From Octopus sinensis (Eukaryota): 64,000 nucleotides of DNA. Made by a program: the position numbers and the translations under genes. The stretch is from the NCBI RefSeq assembly GCF_006345805.1, contig NC_042999.1, positions 39,494,001 through 39,558,000 of the forward strand, given 5' to 3'. Below the pieces are notes generated by a model. It saw only the letters and a program-made list of their open reading frames with translations, made no database searches and was not told the DNA's origin. Every line of letters starts with the position of its first letter. The stretch's first letter is position 1. Below are positions 52,320 to 64,000 of this stretch, in pieces.

Positions 52320-52389
52320 ATTCTATTTATAAATATTCTAAATCTTCATAGGGTTGAGGTTTTTTTATCTCATTCTGAAAAAAAAATAT

Positions 52390-52439
<50 letters not shown>

Positions 52440-53128
52440 TATATAAAATACAAAATGGGACAAGAAAACAAAACATTCAGACTCTTAGGTGATACAAAGA
52501 AAACAAGGACGGGCCATTCGGAGTTTTCTTTCCTCAGACGAGTTCCAGATTATATTTGCTATATCGGCTGGTTATACTTGAGATTGCTCCAATCTGGCCT
52601 GCGCTAAGTAAAAACGAAGTTAAGAGCATTCTTGGAAGAAAGCAGCGAATGTTCACGAAAACAAGATTGTTACACAAATACAAATAACAGAACATAGCAA
52701 CAAGTTTCTTTCGACTAAAGATGAATTAAATTAAGCTAGCGTGCGTAGGAATAAAACCTTAGAGCAGGAATACAAGATTCCACAGTCATACGGAGGAATA
52801 TAGATGTTGCAAGGACGACGGCCGAACCAAGTAAGAAATATTATGCTTGGCCGAATACCGGCCACGTGGGGAGAGAGAGGTAGAGGAAGAGGAACAAAAG
52901 AATTAAGGAGAGGCGAAAAAAATGACAGAGACACAGTGAAATAAAAAGAGGAGGGAAGAGAGCAAGGAGAAAATGCCGGGAAATGTGAGAGAGGGGTGAT
53001 GAAAGAACGAAGAGTGGAATGAACGAATAAACGGGAAAAGGCTGATAGAAAGAATAGAGACGTACAAGATTTAGATAAATATATACTTACATATATATAT
53101 ATATATATATATATATAGATATATATAT

Positions 53129-53171
<43 letters not shown>

Positions 53172-53493
53172 TATAATAATAAATAAAACATATGCATATA
53201 TACATACATATATGTACGTACCTCCCTCTACATGTATATATACACGCATATATGGGTACAGGCACTAAATAAAACGTCGAAGATAATGAGAAACGAAAAC
53301 ATAAACACAAAACCAGGAACTGGACATTTTTCTTAAACAACAAAAAAAAAAGTTTTTTTGGTGTCCTGTACCCATATATGCGTGTGTATATACATGTAGA
53401 GGTAGGTACGTACATATATGTATATATGCATATGTTTTATTTATTACTTTATTATATGACGGAACGCACGCATCCATTTCTATATATATATAT

Positions 53494-53867
53494 AGGCGTA
53501 GGAGTGGCTATGTGGTAAGTAGCTTGCTTACCAACCACATGGTTCTGTGTTCATTCCCACTGCGTGGCACCTTTGGCAAGTGTCTTCTGCTATAGCTTAG
53601 GGCCGACCACCGCCTTGTGAGTGGATTTGAAAGAAACCCGTCGAATATATGCATATATAAATATATATATGTGTGTGTGTGTGTGTTTGTCTCTGTGTCC
53701 GTCCCCCAAAAGACTGCTTGACAACCGATGCTGGTGTATTTGCGTCCCCGTAACTTAGCGGTTCGGCAAAAGTACTAAGCTTACAAAGAATAAGTCCTGG
53801 GGCCGATTTGTTCGACTAAAGGCGGTGCTCCAGCATGGCCGCAGTCGAATGACTGAAACAAGTAAAA
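53494..53867 (+). mobile_element. SINE family A
   Basis: Full copy. Confidence 0.9.
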
Positions 53868-54006
53868 CAGTACATATATATATAAGTTCCAGCCCAAATT
53901 GCTAAGATAATCTGGGACTCGACTGCGGAAGGAAAAATTCGAATGCCCCGTCCTTTTTTTGTTTGTATCTTCTATCAGGATGATTTGTTGCCCCTTTTTG
54001 TATCTT

Positions 54007-54290
54007 CTTGGACAAGTCTCAGGTCGACCAAAGCGTGGATTTGTAGACGGAAACTGAAAGAAACAGCTCATGTATATGTATGTTTTGTATTTGTGTTTGT
54101 AACCTCACCGCCACTTGAGAACCCTGTTGGTGAGTTTAATTCCCCATATTTTAGTGTTTCGACAAAAGTGACCGATAGAACGAGTACCAGATTTAAGTAT
54201 ATGAGACTCGGGGTCGATTCGTTGTGACTAAAATCCCAGAAGGTGGTGCCTCTGCATGGTGACATTCAAATAAGTGAAACGGATAAAGGA
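54007..54290 (+). mobile_element. Diverged SINE family A fragment
   Basis: GGATTTGTAGACGGAAACTGAAAG...GGGGTCGATTCGTT. Confidence 0.65.
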
Positions 54291-54529
54291 GAAAAGATAT
54301 AAGATATTAAATAGTGACAAGTAACAACACGATAGATGACACCATAAGCCATCTGTTTTACATTCATAACTGCACGCGAAAGTAAGTAGCAGAACATGAC
54401 GGAATCAAATTTAAAATATACCATCCAAAATCTTACACAAATATTACATTTTCTATATAAGTCAGTTTGCCCTATTGCAACAAGAAAACCGTTATGAAAT
54501 ATCACTTTTATAATAATGAAACACATAAC

Positions 54530-54559
54530 CGTGCAAAATTAAAACAGTCCCGCTCATAT
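54530..54559 (-). CDS. Candidate 30-nt exon (RYERDCFNFAR)
   Basis: Good acceptor TTTCTATTGCAG; weak donor GTTATG; in phase with the 54743 exon. Confidence 0.2.
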
Positions 54560-54742
54560 CTGCAATAGAAATCAGATTGGGTTCGTTCTCATTTAAAGTT
54601 TCAAGTGCAACAGGAGATAGTTTCAGAAACTAAGTTTCATGACACTAGCGAGGGGAAACTGAAGAAATGGTTACAGTAGTGCACAACCGAAGAGTCTCAA
54701 GCAGAGTGTAAAATTCTTTCGAAAGATAGTGTAAATGCATAC

Positions 54743-54773
54743 CTGCTAATTAAAGGTATGTTGAATTTTGTCA
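54743..54773 (-). CDS. Candidate 31-nt exon (LTKFNIPLIS)
   Basis: Acceptor CTTTAATCTTTTTTATACAG, donor CAG/GTATGC; only one open frame, which matches the upstream phase. Confidence 0.4.
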
Positions 54774-55038
54774 CTGTATAAAAAAGATTAAAGCTAATAT
54801 GGGCAATTTAGACGAACTAAGTCGCAGGTAGCTATGAGGTACGAAGCTAGATTTCCAAACTGATGGTTCCGGATTCAACCCCACAGCGTGTCACTTTGTG
54901 TAAGTGACTTCAAATATATATATATATATATATATATATGCATGTATACTTATTTATGTGTGTATAGGTATATACACACATATATGTACCTCTCTCTTTA
55001 TATATATGTACATATAAATGCATACATGTATCAGTGCA

Positions 55039-55088
<50 letters not shown>

Positions 55089-55240
55089 GATAAAGAGGTG
55101 TGTGTGGACACACAACTGTGAGTGTGTCTCGTATTTGTTTGTTAATACGTGATTAAATAGTGAGTATTTGTAAATTTATGTGTATGGCTGAAGTGTTTTA
55201 TTTGCTTTGCGGATTCAATTAAATTCGATTTATCACTTAC

Positions 55241-55263
55241 AACTCTCTCTCTTCTTCATCTGT
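55241..55263 (-). CDS. Candidate 23-nt micro-exon (QMKKRES)
   Basis: Acceptor CATTTTCGCAG, donor GTAAGT; phase fits both neighbours. Confidence 0.4.
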
Positions 55264-56303
55264 CTGCGAAAATGCAATGTATTTTCGTCGAACCTAAATC
55301 AAAATCAGACAAGTCGTATTTTATTAATCAACTTTATAGACGTAATTTGTTGTAGCTAAGAATATGGTAGAAGACAACATTGGCAGTAATTGACATTAAA
55401 AGAAGTGATTAAGCCAGTACATTGCAAATGAAATATTTCTGTTGTTAAACAAATGATGTGAATCGGAAAAACAAAGGCAAAAAAAAATTATACAAAATAT
55501 AACAAAAATGTAAGTGGGAAAAAAACAAAGTTGTTTGCAATTTGTCTCTTAAATATTGATCTTTATTTTATTTTTAAAAATTTATTTTGTCATTTCCTTC
55601 TATCTTACTCTGTTCCTTTAATTCTTCTTGTTTTTATTTGTCCGAGTTGCTTTTCTTTGTATTTATCTTATCTAACATCTATTTATACTTATTTTATTCT
55701 TTACCACATTTAATTGCTATTTGTTCCCTTTTTCTATTATCTTCTCACGTTTCCACATAGTTTCCTATAATTTTTTTACTTTGGAGCGTAAAAAAGAAGT
55801 TGCTTTGCGTTATTTGTTCCGACTATCTATACTATGAGATCAAATCCCACCTAGCCCAACGTAATCTTTCTCCCATTCAAACTCGTTGGAATAATTTCCA
55901 CTCAAAATTTATTACCTTGAAACATTAAGACGGTGAGCGGGTAGATTATTTACCGCCCCGTAGAAAATGCTTAACGATATATCTTCCGGCTTTACATTCG
56001 ATAAATTCCAGTTTAAAACTGGGGTGGACGTAGTCAACATCTCCTCTACGCAATTTTTGCTGACCTTTCAAACGAACGGACAATTAAACAGAGAACTAGA
56101 AAAGAAACTTTTTCTAACGCGTTAAATTATGTGCGCTGGTTAATAAGGTGATGTACTCGGGTTGCTTGAGGAGCAGTGAGTTGCTTGTGGATTTGACGAA
56201 GTTCTTGATTTCGTAATCTCTTTGAACTAATATAATTTGTTGATCAATAGATTTATGGAGTATTATTATCGCTGTATATCGTCGCCTAAAATAAAAGAGG
56301 AAA

Positions 56304-56707
56304 AGGCGGTGAGCTGGCAGAATCGTTAGCACGCCGGGCGAAATGCGTAGCCGTGCCGCTACGTTTTGAGTTCAAATTCCGCCGAGGTCGACTTTACCTT
56401 TCATCCTTTCGTGGTCGATTAAATAAGTACCAGTTACGCACTGGGGTCGATATAATCGACTTAATCCGTTTGTCTGTCCTTGTTCCTCCTCTCTGTGTTT
56501 AGCCGCTTATGGGTAGTAAAGAAGTAGGCATTTCGTCTGCCGTTACGTTCTGAGTTCAAATTCCGCCGAGGTCGACTTTGCCTTTCATCCTTTCGGGGTC
56601 AATTAAATAAGAACCAGTTACGCACTGGCAGACATAATCGACTTAATCCATTTGTCTGTCCTTTTTCGTCCTCTCTGTGTGTAGCCCCTTGTAGGTAGCA
56701 AAGAAAC
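56304..56707 (+). mobile_element. SINE family B partial dimer
   Basis: Head AGGCGGTGAGCTGGCAGAATCGTTAGCACGCCGGGCGAAATGC and a duplicated body and tail. Confidence 0.9.
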
Positions 56708-56894
56708 AATTAAAGTGAAAGAAGCGCCCACCAGAAATGATAGCAGCAAAATTAAATATTGAAATGTTGCTGCGTCAATCACGAAGCCAAACGGTGTATT
56801 TCATTTGATCAATGTTACAGCCTACTCACAAAATTAACGTACAAGTGATTGAATACTCCACAGTCACGTGTACCCTTCGCATACTTCTCATGGA

Positions 56895-57045
56895 GATGCA
56901 GTGTGACTTAGAATGTTCCAAGCCTGACCATTTTGAATTACTTGTACAGTTTATTTTGCCAACTGAGTAGACTGACGGAACGTGAAATGAAGCGTTCTGC
57001 TCAAGGACACAACATAGCACCGGCATTCGAACTCACACACCTTCA
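56895..57045 (-). mobile_element. Diverged SINE family D fragment
   Basis: CTGAGTAGACTGACGGAACGTGAAATGAAGCGTTCTGCTCAAGGACACAAC...TTCGAACTC resembles 63940-64000. Confidence 0.6.
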
Positions 57046-57603
57046 ACATTCTAATAATAATAATGAATTGAAATATAAGTCAAGAAGATAGATGAAACTT
57101 TTCTGAAGATGGAAGTTCATACAATATAAATACACCTAGAATAATTGTGTTAAAACCATTAATACGTGAATGAAAACCAGTATGAGCATCACTGACAACA
57201 CAGCACCAGTCTTCCATAACAAGTTCGTGATTGGCTCTGAGCCAGCTCAAAGAAAAGAATATATATATATAAATATATGTGGATCTGGCTGTATGTATGT
57301 CTGAAATCTAAAGGCTATCCCAGTGATGAAAACTGGCCTTCAGCGAATATTTGTTTGCTGGAAATATTTAGAAACGATGGTCTGGGAAATAGTTGAGATG
57401 GTAAACGTTTTTAATTTTCATTCCTTTCGAGAATTTATCCTTTTTTGTGGTTTTTGAGATTTATACTGCTCTTTCTAGCACAACGCTTTCCTATTTGGAA
57501 GCCTCTTATTGTATTTCTATATAAATAATATATAGTCTAATGACTAATTCGTTTGTAACTGGTAATAATAATTTATTATTACCCTATGTATTATGTTTAA
57601 ATA

Positions 57604-57651
<48 letters not shown>

Positions 57652-57772
57652 TATTATATATATATATAGTCAATGAATTAATGAAGTGCTTGAATCTATT
57701 ACACTTTACGGATTAGGGTTCACGATCCTTAACTCGTTATCCCCGATTTTTCCAGTAAACACACACACTTAC

Positions 57773-57836
57773 GCCTGCACAAAGCGGTCTATATTTAGAA
57801 CTAGGCATTGAGGTAATAAATGGGCCTCATAAAGTT
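57773..57836 (-). CDS. Candidate 64-nt exon (xLYEAHLLPQCLVLNIDRFVQA)
   Basis: Acceptor TTTTATGCTTTCTGAGATTTCATAG, donor GTAAGT; single open frame. Confidence 0.4.
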
Positions 57837-58041
57837 CTATGAAATCTCAGAAAGCATAAAAGATGGGTTGATTTTTGTAAAATCATCGAAATTACATAAT
57901 GAAGTATGCGCAGTATCCATCACGTGATGAAATAATCGGAACAACTTGTGATAAGTTCGATTGCATACATTTCCATACATTAACACATGCATATATATAT
58001 GTATGTGTGTGTTTGTTTGTATGCATACAAATATATGTTCT

Positions 58042-58140
<99 letters not shown>

Positions 58141-58297
58141 ATATTAATTAGAGACAAAACCACTATTTTGCAAAACAAACAAGGAAAGACTTAATCAATA
58201 CATAAAATTTTAATAAAAATTTTATTAAAATTTTATGTATTGATTAAGTCTTTCCTTGTTTGTTTTGCAAAATAGTGGTTTTGTCTCTAATTAATAT
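58141..58297. repeat. Perfect palindrome, 78-bp arms, 1-nt centre
   Basis: 58141-58218 is the reverse complement of 58220-58297. Confidence 0.95.
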
Positions 58298-58389
58298 TAT
58301 ATAATATTTTACTATAACATTGGATTTAATCCTAAATCTGATTTTTTTTCCCTGTAAATTTGGATTTATTCCCTAATATTTATTATTAT

Positions 58390-58450
<61 letters not shown>

Positions 58451-58779
58451 TATATGTTACATTACTCGATAGTCAAGATAAAACTCTGAGTTTCAAATGC
58501 CGAAGTGGGAATCCACGACATCTATTCTGTTATCTGGCTATTTGAAAACGCTATGAAAAAATACCGTTATACAAAGGGAAATTACTGTGTTATAACTCTG
58601 CTTGCCTGCGTACTTATACATCGCTCGCATTTTTCGCCATAAAAATTATATAAAAATACATAATTAATATATAAAAAATATATAAACATATATAAAATCT
58701 TCTTGGGACATAACATAGAAAGCATGTTCTATCTGTTTTCTTTAGGGGACCAAAAACGTAACAGAAATTTAGTCACATG

Positions 58780-58880
58780 TGGGCATACATACATACATAC
58801 ATACATACATACATACATACATACATACATACATACATACATACGTACGTACGTACGTACGTACGTACGTACGTACATAT
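58780..58880. repeat. (CATA)n grading into (CGTA)n
   Basis: Direct inspection. Confidence 0.95.
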
Positions 58881-59243
58881 ATATTATGAACTAACTGTTA
58901 CTTTCTCAGATGCAGCACGGAATTTTGTCAGTGAACTGGTCGCGGTTTCAAAGCGCCGAAAATATTTTGACAAATTAGATTTAAATGATGAAGTGAATCT
59001 AACGGGTTTTGTGTGTTTCTTAAATGGTTTATAAACTACTTCCACGCTATATATATATATATATTATATATATATATATATAATATATATATATAATTGA
59101 GTAGTTGAATGAAATATCTTATTATGGATAATTCGGTTAACCGATACCTGGGTAGCAAATTCACGTCAGAAAAACACGGTTAAAGCTACATGCCTAGGGC
59201 AGAGAACACGTGCTATCGTGTGGAAATTTGTGTGTTTTTTGTA

Positions 59244-59523
59244 ATACAAATAAATGAAAGAATGGAGTTGAACGACGAATTAATAAAATTCCTTTATTTT
59301 ATTTTCGACATATGTTTCGAAGGCTGCATATTCCTAATTTCGAAGGAATAAGGGGGTGCATTATGCCGCCTTCTCATCACGAAAATTAAGGAACTCATGT
59401 CAGCATCAAGATGCATAAAAATTTTCCTTCGAAATTAGGAATATGCAGCCTTCGAAACATATGTCGAAAATAAAATAAAGGAATTTTGTTAATTCGTCGT
59501 TCAACTCCATTCTTTCATTTATT

Positions 59524-59528
<5 letters not shown>
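59244..59528. repeat. Inverted repeat, about 105-bp arms, 75-nt spacer
   Basis: 59244-59348 is the reverse complement of 59424-59528 with one mismatch; related to the 837-1045 family (GAATGGAGTTGAACG vs AAATGGAGCTGAACG). Confidence 0.95.
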
Positions 59529-59592
<64 letters not shown>

Positions 59593-59611
59593 GTGTAGGG
59601 AGAGTTTATAC

Positions 59612-59755
59612 ATCTAGCTTCTTTCAGTTTCCCTACCAAATCCACTCACAAGGCTTTGGTCGGCCCGAGTACAACACCTGCCCAAGGTGCCAAGCAGTGG
59701 GGATGAATCCCGAACCTTATGGTTGGTAAGCAAGCTAATTACCACGCAGCCACAC
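59612..59755 (-). mobile_element. SINE family A head
   Basis: Reverse complement of the family A head. Confidence 0.8.
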
Positions 59756-59939
59756 ACACGCACACATATATATATATACATATGTGTGTGTGTATGTATG
59801 TATGTATGTATGTATATATACGTATATGTGTGTGTATATCAATGTATATGCGTGTGCATATGTATGTATGCATATGCGCACATATATGTTAGTGTGTGCA
59901 CGCCCACGTATGTCATTATACCTTCTTTTCTCCTCTCTC

Positions 59940-60760
59940 ATTCCTAAATATTACAATAACCTATTCAATCACATACCTCTGTTTATAGCAATTTCACATC
60001 CTTGTATTCTTCCCTCCACTTTAAATTTTAGTACTAAAACCCCACCCATACCTTTTATCTATCCATCCCTTAATGCAACTCTATCACATCACCCCTACTC
60101 ACATAACTCACACCTATTCACTCCTTACATTCTCATCTCTTAGTATCCCTCCCGCACACCTCTCCCATCCCCCCTCACATTATCTGAACCACCAACAAAC
60201 ACTCCTTTTCTCACTTTCAGTCACTTTTTCTCTCTCTTGTTTTCTCTTTTTCTCCTCTTTGTTCTCACTTTCTTTACTCATTTTCTTTTCCTGTTTTTGA
60301 TTTTGGCCATCTCCTCATTGTTATCATACATATATATTTCCCCCCCATCTATCCACAAATAGTACCAATACATTCTCAAATGTTCATCCACACCTCAACA
60401 CACTTTCGAACGAACAGCACAGAATCCACAGCTCCATGCTTTGAAGAGACTAAACATGAACTACTATTGGAACTTACATCCCATTTACACAAATCTTTTT
60501 TACCACTTCTATACACCTACTTTCGTTGAATAATGGAACCGCATCTATATCTTTATAAATTTTATATTTTATTTCTACTTACATTCTCATATTTCCTTCT
60601 AGATTCCCTACCCCCACCTTTTCCATAATAAATCCTTATTTCGAACTTAAATATTTACCTCTATTTAACCATCTCACATCGTCTCTGTTGAAGGCATATC
60701 CATAATATCCCAGAAATAGCTGCAAGACGATATAACGTCTTCCTTATAAATGTCCTGAAA
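59940..60760 (+). mobile_element. Decayed PLE-associated tail ending in a hammerhead-like module (60680-60729)
   Basis: CGTCT-CTGTTGA-AGGCATAT/ATATCCC-A-GAAA-T-AGCT-G-CA-AGACG. Confidence 0.5.
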
Positions 60761-63533
60761 CCTCCTCACAGCCTTAGCTACTTTATTTAATATTGCATAA
60801 TATATATATACATACATACATACATACATTTATATTTATATATATATATATATATATACGATGATTCTCAGAGAGAACGCTAGACATGTAAGAGAATGTA
60901 AGTGAATGTCTATGAGTTAGCTTCCTTTGATTCACTATGATGCAATATTGCTAAAATGTAATTATAAGTGAAGCTATTTGATATATTGGAGATTAACTTC
61001 AAGCTACGGAAGCAAGCCGAAAGGCAAATATCCATTTTCATTTAACATATCTGAAGATTTAAATCCGCGTGCCTCCTAATATCTCTCTTCCGTTGGATTT
61101 ATTTTTTACTCGAATATTGAAGCTATACCACAACGGATTGAACATATCTCTTATGAATGTTTCAATTCCAATCTCAAGTAAACTTTAAATTTATTCCAAA
61201 ATCACATATATGCCTCCATTTATGCAAAAATTTGGTTTGAATCTCTTTCCAGAAAATCTTATTCATCAAATATGTTATAGACTCTTATTATCTTAGTGTT
61301 TTGAGGAAATATATATATCATTACTGCAGGTAATATCCCCCATTTCTAGATATGTTGTTTACGCTATATCCGCAGTCGTAGAAACATTTTTTGCATTTAG
61401 TTATTACATATTAAATCGAAATTTTTGATACAAGTGAAACAGAACTTTATCGATTTGAATTTGTCTCTCCATCTCTACTTCGAGCTACATAGAAAATGTC
61501 ATACGTAGAAATAGATAATTAGATATAGAATATACTTTCCTAAAATCATATATGTATACAACTTTTAGTCTCTCATAGGGTATTTGTACCCACGAGACTA
61601 TATTTTTGTGACATTAAAAATCCTATTGCAGGTCCAGCCAATCAGGGTTAATGATACGAAGTATATAATATTGATCTCACATACAGAAACTCAAAACCAA
61701 ACATAAAACTGATGATCTAACTGGCATGTAATTTGTATTTTGGTATTTCCATTACGCGGGCAGGCTGAAAACTTCCCGGTGTTGCGTAAAAGAAAATACA
61801 GGAGGATCACTAAATTATGATTTCATTCAACATACTCCTGCTCTCACACATTCACACACTTATTGTATTGGTGATTTTCAGTTTTTCTAAGCTCTGTAAA
61901 AGAACTGGGAAGGTGACAATAACTTTTCGGCAGCCCACTGTATATACAGATAGTATAACGACTATAAAGTTAAAACGTTTGACTATATACAAAACGAAGA
62001 AATGATTTGATGAAGGCTAGATATTCAGTTTTTTAAATATTTTCTATTGCCTCTAGACATAAGACATAATGTCATTTTGAAATCAAACCGTTTGCCTATT
62101 TTGAAATGAAACCGTTTGCCTGCCTTGTATCATTGCCTGGTGTCTTTGATGGGTGACATTTACCATATATATGGATCGAATCATGCATGGTGAATGAAAT
62201 TGTTGCAGCAAAGAAATTATGTAAAAGGTTATTTCACAGAGTGTTCCTACCTATCCTAGCTTGTCACATCCTAGGTAACGCACATTTTATTTGAGACCCA
62301 CGACTGGGACACACGTGTGTGTCAAATGCTCTAAAATGTTTTCCTGATTCATTGACTGAATAAATGATGATATAATTTCAGAACAAATGAAAGACGCTGT
62401 TAAGGACTCCAAAGAACGGTTATGCTATATCTTCTCTTTTAACACCACTGCGACTATAAGCTCTTCCGTAAACATATTCGTAGTGTAGATACCATATATG
62501 TCTCTTTCAACACCACTATAAAACTGTCTGCTGTTCAAATTAACAAGATTTTCGTCAAATATATGCAAGCTTCTCCAAGATTACTCTCATTTTTCATAAT
62601 GTAATTAATATTATTTGGATATACGCGTGATAATTAGTTCTAGATATACTTCATGTAACCTTAGAAACAGTTATTTTTTCTCGTATTTCTATATATATTG
62701 TTAATAGGAATATAAAAACAATATTTAAATGTGCGTATCGTGTTAGAGATCCAATATACATAAACTGTAATAGATGATTGTAAAGTCTATAACTGCCTCA
62801 TTATTTGTGCGTGTATGTAAGTGTGTGTGCGTATATATATATATGTATGTATCTGTGTATGTTTGCGAGTGTGTTTGTATCTGTGTGTTTATGTGTATGA
62901 GCATATATGTACGTGTGTACATGCATATTGTTAATTGCAATATATGTGTTATATACATAAAAGAGCGTCGTAAAATTTATATTTTTGAAATATTAAACGA
63001 TTTACAAATTTAATTATTGTATTAATATACTTATCTGTGTTTTAATATATACATTTATGCTAGTCTTTTATAACATCTATTTATGACCCAAAATATATGT
63101 TACTAATTTACATTTAGACATGTACATATACATTAATATACTATTTATTTCAAATATGGACACATTCGGCGAAAAACATGAAACATTTGTCTGGAAGCAT
63201 ACGAGTTATATAGAATCAAACATAAAATGAAAGAACACTTTGCAATTAATCTTACATTCGTTCATTATCAAACAGAAAACATATTACATATTTACATATA
63301 CAGAAATAACCAAATCTAAGCGTATTTATTGCAGTATACATCCTCATCAGGTAACAGATTATTTATATATTGGTTCTAAATCCCATTTCAAAAATTAGCT
63401 TTATTGACCTCTATCAAACAATTAAATATCATAAATAATAGCGATGGTTGCCTTACAATAGTTTATTTTGTGTGAATTAAACAGCTTTGTTAGAAGAAAA
63501 TTCCTGCCTACCCTATATTGTACATAACATCTC

Positions 63534-63737
63534 AGCGTCGAGCTGGCAGAGACGTTGGCACGCCGGGAGAAATGCTTAGCAGTATATCGCCGTCTTTATG
63601 TTTTGAGTTCAAATTCCGCCGAGGTTGAGTTTGCCTTTCATCCTTTCGGGGTCAAAAATTAAGTACCAGTTACGCACTGAGGTCGGTTCTAATCGAGTGG
63701 CCCCTTCCCACAAAATTTCGGGCGTTGTGGCTAGAGT
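63534..63737 (+). mobile_element. SINE family B head and body with an alternative tail
   Basis: GAGCTGGCAGAGACGTTGGCACGCCGGGAGAAATGCTTAGC... Confidence 0.8.
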
Positions 63738-63739
63738 TG

Positions 63740-64000
63740 GGAGCCCCTTCAGTTACGACTTATCGTGGGATTACACCTAAAAAGTTACTCTCCCAGGCAC
63801 AAGACCGAGCAACGTTGTTTATGGAAGACCAGCAGTCGTCCATGCATACCGGCCTCCCCTCTCCACGCCACCAATGTTATCCAAGGGAAAAGCAACAGGA
63901 GATACAGCTTCGCACCTGTGACGCCGCAACTCGTCTCTACAGCTGAGTGAACTGCAGCAACGTGAAATAAAGTGTCTTGCTCAAGAACATAATATGCAAC
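63740..64000 (-). mobile_element. SINE family D (runs off the window)
   Basis: GCTGAGTGAACTGCAGCAACGTGAAATAAAGTGTCTTGCTCAAG; its reverse complement carries a CTTGAGCAAGACACTT central-domain-like motif typical of conserved-domain SINEs. Confidence 0.75.

Larger units (their letters stand above)
51952..52380. repeat. Diverged inverted repeat (about 200-bp arms, roughly 80% identical by eye) of a hammerhead-bearing PLE-type end
   Basis: 51952-52154 aligns to the reverse complement of 52174-52380. Confidence 0.9.

Noticed and set aside
51496-62400. Plus-strand exon candidates (about 51496-51548 and 62361-62397)
   Set aside because: Isolated, with weak donors and no phase-linked neighbours; expected by chance.
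419-63013. Dozens of ORFs rich in IYIY, CVCV, HTHT, poly-I/L/N/Y
   Set aside because: They are translations of (TA)n, (TG)n, (TATC)n and (TTA)n microsatellites.

Overview
AT-rich eukaryotic DNA dense in microsatellites. The SINE and retroelement families look like those of Octopus/cephalopod genomes (recognised from memory, not searched). There is no long intact host ORF, and most of the ORF track is translated microsatellite. The window is mainly decayed mobile elements: tRNA-headed SINEs (about 4 families), Penelope-like element (PLE) RT/GIY-YIG remnants, an RTE 3' end, mariner remnants and MITEs, a non-autonomous Helitron, and an ORF1-only L1/Tx1-like element containing a Gypsy integrase fragment. 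A 7.7 kb (AAT)n-anchored cluster of R4/Dong-like retrotransposon pieces and a non-coding companion element lies at 34-41.8 kb. Best signals: (1) several families of minimal type I hammerhead-ribozyme (HHR) motifs with palindromic tetraloops, mostly in the arms of long fold-back palindromes; (2) the (AAT)n-targeted insertion hotspot; (3) a shared 3' tail between the Tx1-like element and one SINE family; (4) a phase-consistent chain of tiny minus-strand exons (57.8 to 54.5 kb) that may belong to a host gene. All assignments are by eye.
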